NCBI GenBank assembly: GCA_052426225.1
Contig: JBNJNM010000006.1
Span: 1,116,001-1,180,000, forward strand
Direction: 5' to 3'
DNA length: 64,000 bases
Source of the DNA: Zancudomyces culisetae HAW-14-8
Lineage: Eukaryota; Fungi; Kickxellomycota
The number at the start of each line of letters is the position of its first letter. The stretch's first letter is position 1. Shown here piece by piece: positions 61,245 to 64,000 of this stretch. Both the position numbers and the translations under genes were made by a program. The notes beneath the pieces were generated by a model that saw only the letters and a list, made by a program, of their open reading frames with translations, ran no database searches and was not told the DNA's origin.

Positions 61245-61655
61245 TGTGAAGATCTGGAGTCAGGAGAGTTATATTTATTATTATTAAAGTTTATTGTATG
61301 AATGTATACAAGATACTAGAATCTGAATCCAAGACTGGAAAATTGTACCCTTTTTATACTTTTTTCCAGCCTTGGTTTTTGAACAAAATCACTATGAAAA
61401 CTGCGGAATAGCTAAAAATGCAAGTTAAAGTAAAACGTGTTTGATTACTAATCCAATTTGATTAGTAATCAAACAAAAATCAAACTCGAATGTAATAAAA
61501 TTAAATATGTGAAAATTATTACGTAAGAAAAATTAATAAATAATGTGAATTTTCGGTAATGTTCTAGAATGTTCCCCAACATTCTAAACATTACTGCGGA
61601 ATAAAATCAGATGATTCTAGAACGTTTTCGAACATTCTAGAATCAGTTCATGACA
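61245..61655 (-). mobile_element. 3' LTR (411 bp) of the Ty3/gypsy element
   Basis: On the minus strand it starts TGTCATGA directly after the polypurine tract AGAGGGGAGG (~61668-61659) and ends TCTTCACA. It contains TATAAAAA (~61358-61351) and AATAAA signals (~61275-61295). Confidence 0.85.
61560..61644. promoter_or_regulatory. Heat-shock-element arrays in the LTR U3 region
   Basis: TTCtaGAAtgTTC (61562-61574) and TTCtaGAAcgTTTtcGAAcaTTCtaGAA (61615-61642) are alternating nGAAn pentamers. Confidence 0.7.
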
Positions 61656-61667
61656 CGACCTCCCCTC

Positions 61668-64000
61668 TTAAGGCTGAGCTCCGTGAAGCATTTGTGTTGG
61701 CTTTGGTTTTTCAGGATGGTGACGATGGAATTCAGTGACAAGATATTTTGCATTTGCTAAATCAGAATATGTTTGCCAGGTACGTTCAGTGTCTGGGTAT
61801 CCTTTCCAGTGTACCAGGTATTTGACAGTTCTACCAAATATTTTACTATCTAGGATTTTCTCAACTTCATATTCTTCTTGACCGTCAATGATCACAGGTG
61901 GAAGCGGTTTTGATGGTCTGTCTGGGATCAGATCTGGTTTACAAGGTTCAAGGAGATTGACGTGGAATACTGGGTGAATCTTCATTGTGTGTGGTAGCTG
62001 GAGTTTGTATGATCTTTGTCCAATCTTTTCCAATACTTTGAATGGGCCAAGTTTCCGATAGTCAAGCTTCTTGCTTGGTCTTTGAGTCCTGATGTTTATA
62101 GTTGAGAGATAGACAAGATCACCAATGTTGAAGTCAGGTTGTGATGATACTTTTCGGTTGTAGTATTTCTCATGGTCTTCAAGGGCAAGGGAGATGTTAA
62201 ACTTCAGTTCTTGATGGATATCAGATAGTAGTTTGGATCTATCAGAGGAAGCAGGATTTAAAACTTGAGTACGAGGAATTGTGACTGAGAAGCGTGGATG
62301 GAAGCCATAGTTTGCGTAGAAAGGTGTGGTCTTAGTAGAAGCATGGGATGTGTTGTTGTAGGCGAATTCAGCAATTGGTAACCACTTTGACCAATCAGTT
62401 TGTTGGTAATCAATGTAGCACCTGAGATACTGTTCCAATACTGAGTTTACGCGTTCAGTTTGTTCATCTGTCTGAGGATGGAATTGTCACAGAACGAGAT
62501 TTATTGAATTACAAGTTGTAATTCTTAGAGATTTACAACGAAGCATAAACGAAATGATTAAATGTAACATAAAATATTAAGATTAATTATGGGATATAAG
62601 AAGTAATATTATTGGCTATAACAGATATGCGGTGGACATTTTCTGTTCAACATTCAGTGATTTCATTAGAGTACGCATGAATGATGAGTTGAAAGATACA
62701 CCTCTATCAGATACGATGTAGTTAGGGAGTCCATGTTTGCAGAAGATATGCTGGATAAACAGATCTGCAGTACCTTCAGCATCAATTTCATTGGTTGTGG
62801 GAACAAAATGCGCCATCTTGGTAAGGCGATCCACAAATACACAGATTGCAGTAAAGTTATTGGATGGAGGTAGCTGAGTGATGAAGTCGACAGAAACAGA
62901 TGACCAAGGTGAATCAGGAACGGGAAGTGGAGCGAGGTAGCCATATGGTTTATGGCGAGAGGATTTGTTGCGTTGACAGGTATCGCAACCAGAGATGTAG
63001 TCTTTGATATATTTTCTCATGGTTGGCCAGTAAAAGTTGCGAGATACAAGTTCGTACGTCTTTGCATTTCCAAAGTGGCCGGCAGCAGGGGAATCATGGC
63101 ATTCAATCAGAATTGTTCTTTTGATGTTGTCGTCTGAGGGGATACAGATTAGTCCATCATAGTGCAGAAGATTGTCAACAAGAGCGAACTTTTCATGGGA
63201 ATCAGGTTTCTTGGATAAGTCAGTGTAAATGGGTCCAAAGTACGTGTCTTTGGGTTGTAGTGACTTGATGTTGTTCATGAGCGTGGATGACAAAGGTTCA
63301 ACAGGTGTACTAGTCATGGACTTCAAGAAGATTTCAGGAGGCAGCAAAGTTATTTTGTTTTGGTCAGTACGGGAGTCACCCCCCTTCCAAGGTTGGTCTT
63401 TCCGAGAAAGAGCATCGGCGGCAGTGTTCTGTTTTCCAGGGCGGTACTTGATGACAAAGTTGAAGTTACTGAGGTATTCTGACCATCTGACTTGGCGGCG
63501 ACTAAGATTTCTGGTAGTGGAGAAGTATTCCAAGTTTTTATGGTCGGTCATAACAACGGTTGGGTGTACAGAAAATTCAAGGTAGTGACGCCAGTGAGCG
63601 AAAGCGTCGATAATTGCTAACAGTTCCTTATCATAGATTTGATAATTCACTTCAGCAGGCAGGAGTTTCCGGGAGTAGTATGCAACAGGGTGGAGTTGTC
63701 CCTCGTTGTCATACTGGCTGCAAATGGCACCTAATGCAAAATCTGATGCATCGGTTTCAATGATACAAGGCTGGTCAGGATTGTAGTGAGCTAAGACTGG
63801 ATTACTGATCATGGTTTCTTTTAGCAAGGCGAAAGCTTCTTCAGCTTTGGGTGTCCACTGGAATTGAACACCTTTTTTCAACAAGGCGGTGAGTGGCAGA
63901 GATATCTTGGAGTAATTCAGAATAAAACGGCGGTAGAAGTTTGTAAGGCCAAGGAATACCTGAACGTCACGGACACAAGTTGGTGTCTTCCACTCGGTGA
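61668..64000 (-). mobile_element. Chromoviral Ty3/gypsy pol (RT thumb, RNase H, integrase, chromodomain), interrupted in the integrase; the 5' part lies outside the window
   Basis: VQVFLGLTNFYRRFI, ETDASDFALGA, NYQIYDKELLAI, TDHKNLEY, HHCC zinc finger, SVDFITQLP, SDRG, HPQTD.QTER.N, GPFKV, HPVFHV.LL and chromodomain EYEVEKILD..YLVHWKGYP...TW. Confidence 0.97.
62485..62623 (-). mobile_element. 139-bp AT-rich solo-LTR-like insertion in the integrase core
   Basis: Splits MSTAY|HPQTD. The ends are TGTTATAG...CTGTGACA (imperfect 8-bp inverted repeat, TG..CA) and there is an internal AATAAA. Confidence 0.8.

Overview
Eukaryotic, AT-rich, intron-bearing fungal DNA. Gene style, short GT-AG introns, secreted families and a DIRS-type ORF suggest an early-diverging fungus, tentatively a Harpellales insect-gut symbiont; this is an inference, not a database result. 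From 0 to 50 kb the window is a compact run of mostly housekeeping genes: ADE3/MIS1, Csm1/Pcs1, CSC1/OSCA channel, AP mu adaptin, Far11/STRIP, NMNAT, F-box-like/ankyrin protein, SEC22, GST-kappa/HCCA isomerase, ACR3, SAP/PP6R, CCDC25/JLP2, Elongin A, YOS9 and glucosidase II alpha. Among them are three orphan secreted proteins and a 14-3-3-fold protein that has lost all its phosphate-binding residues. The 50-55 kb stretch is gene-poor. At 55.7-59 kb is a 1117-aa secreted protein with three pacifastin-like Cys modules fused to about 59 Thr-ladder decapeptide repeats, the most unusual feature here. The 60-64 kb end is a nested transposon stack: a DIRS-like ORF cut by a chromoviral Ty3/gypsy element whose LTR carries a heat-shock-element array, and whose integrase is itself interrupted by a 139-bp solo-LTR-like insert. 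Intron boundaries were inferred by eye from GT/AG signals and reading-frame continuity.
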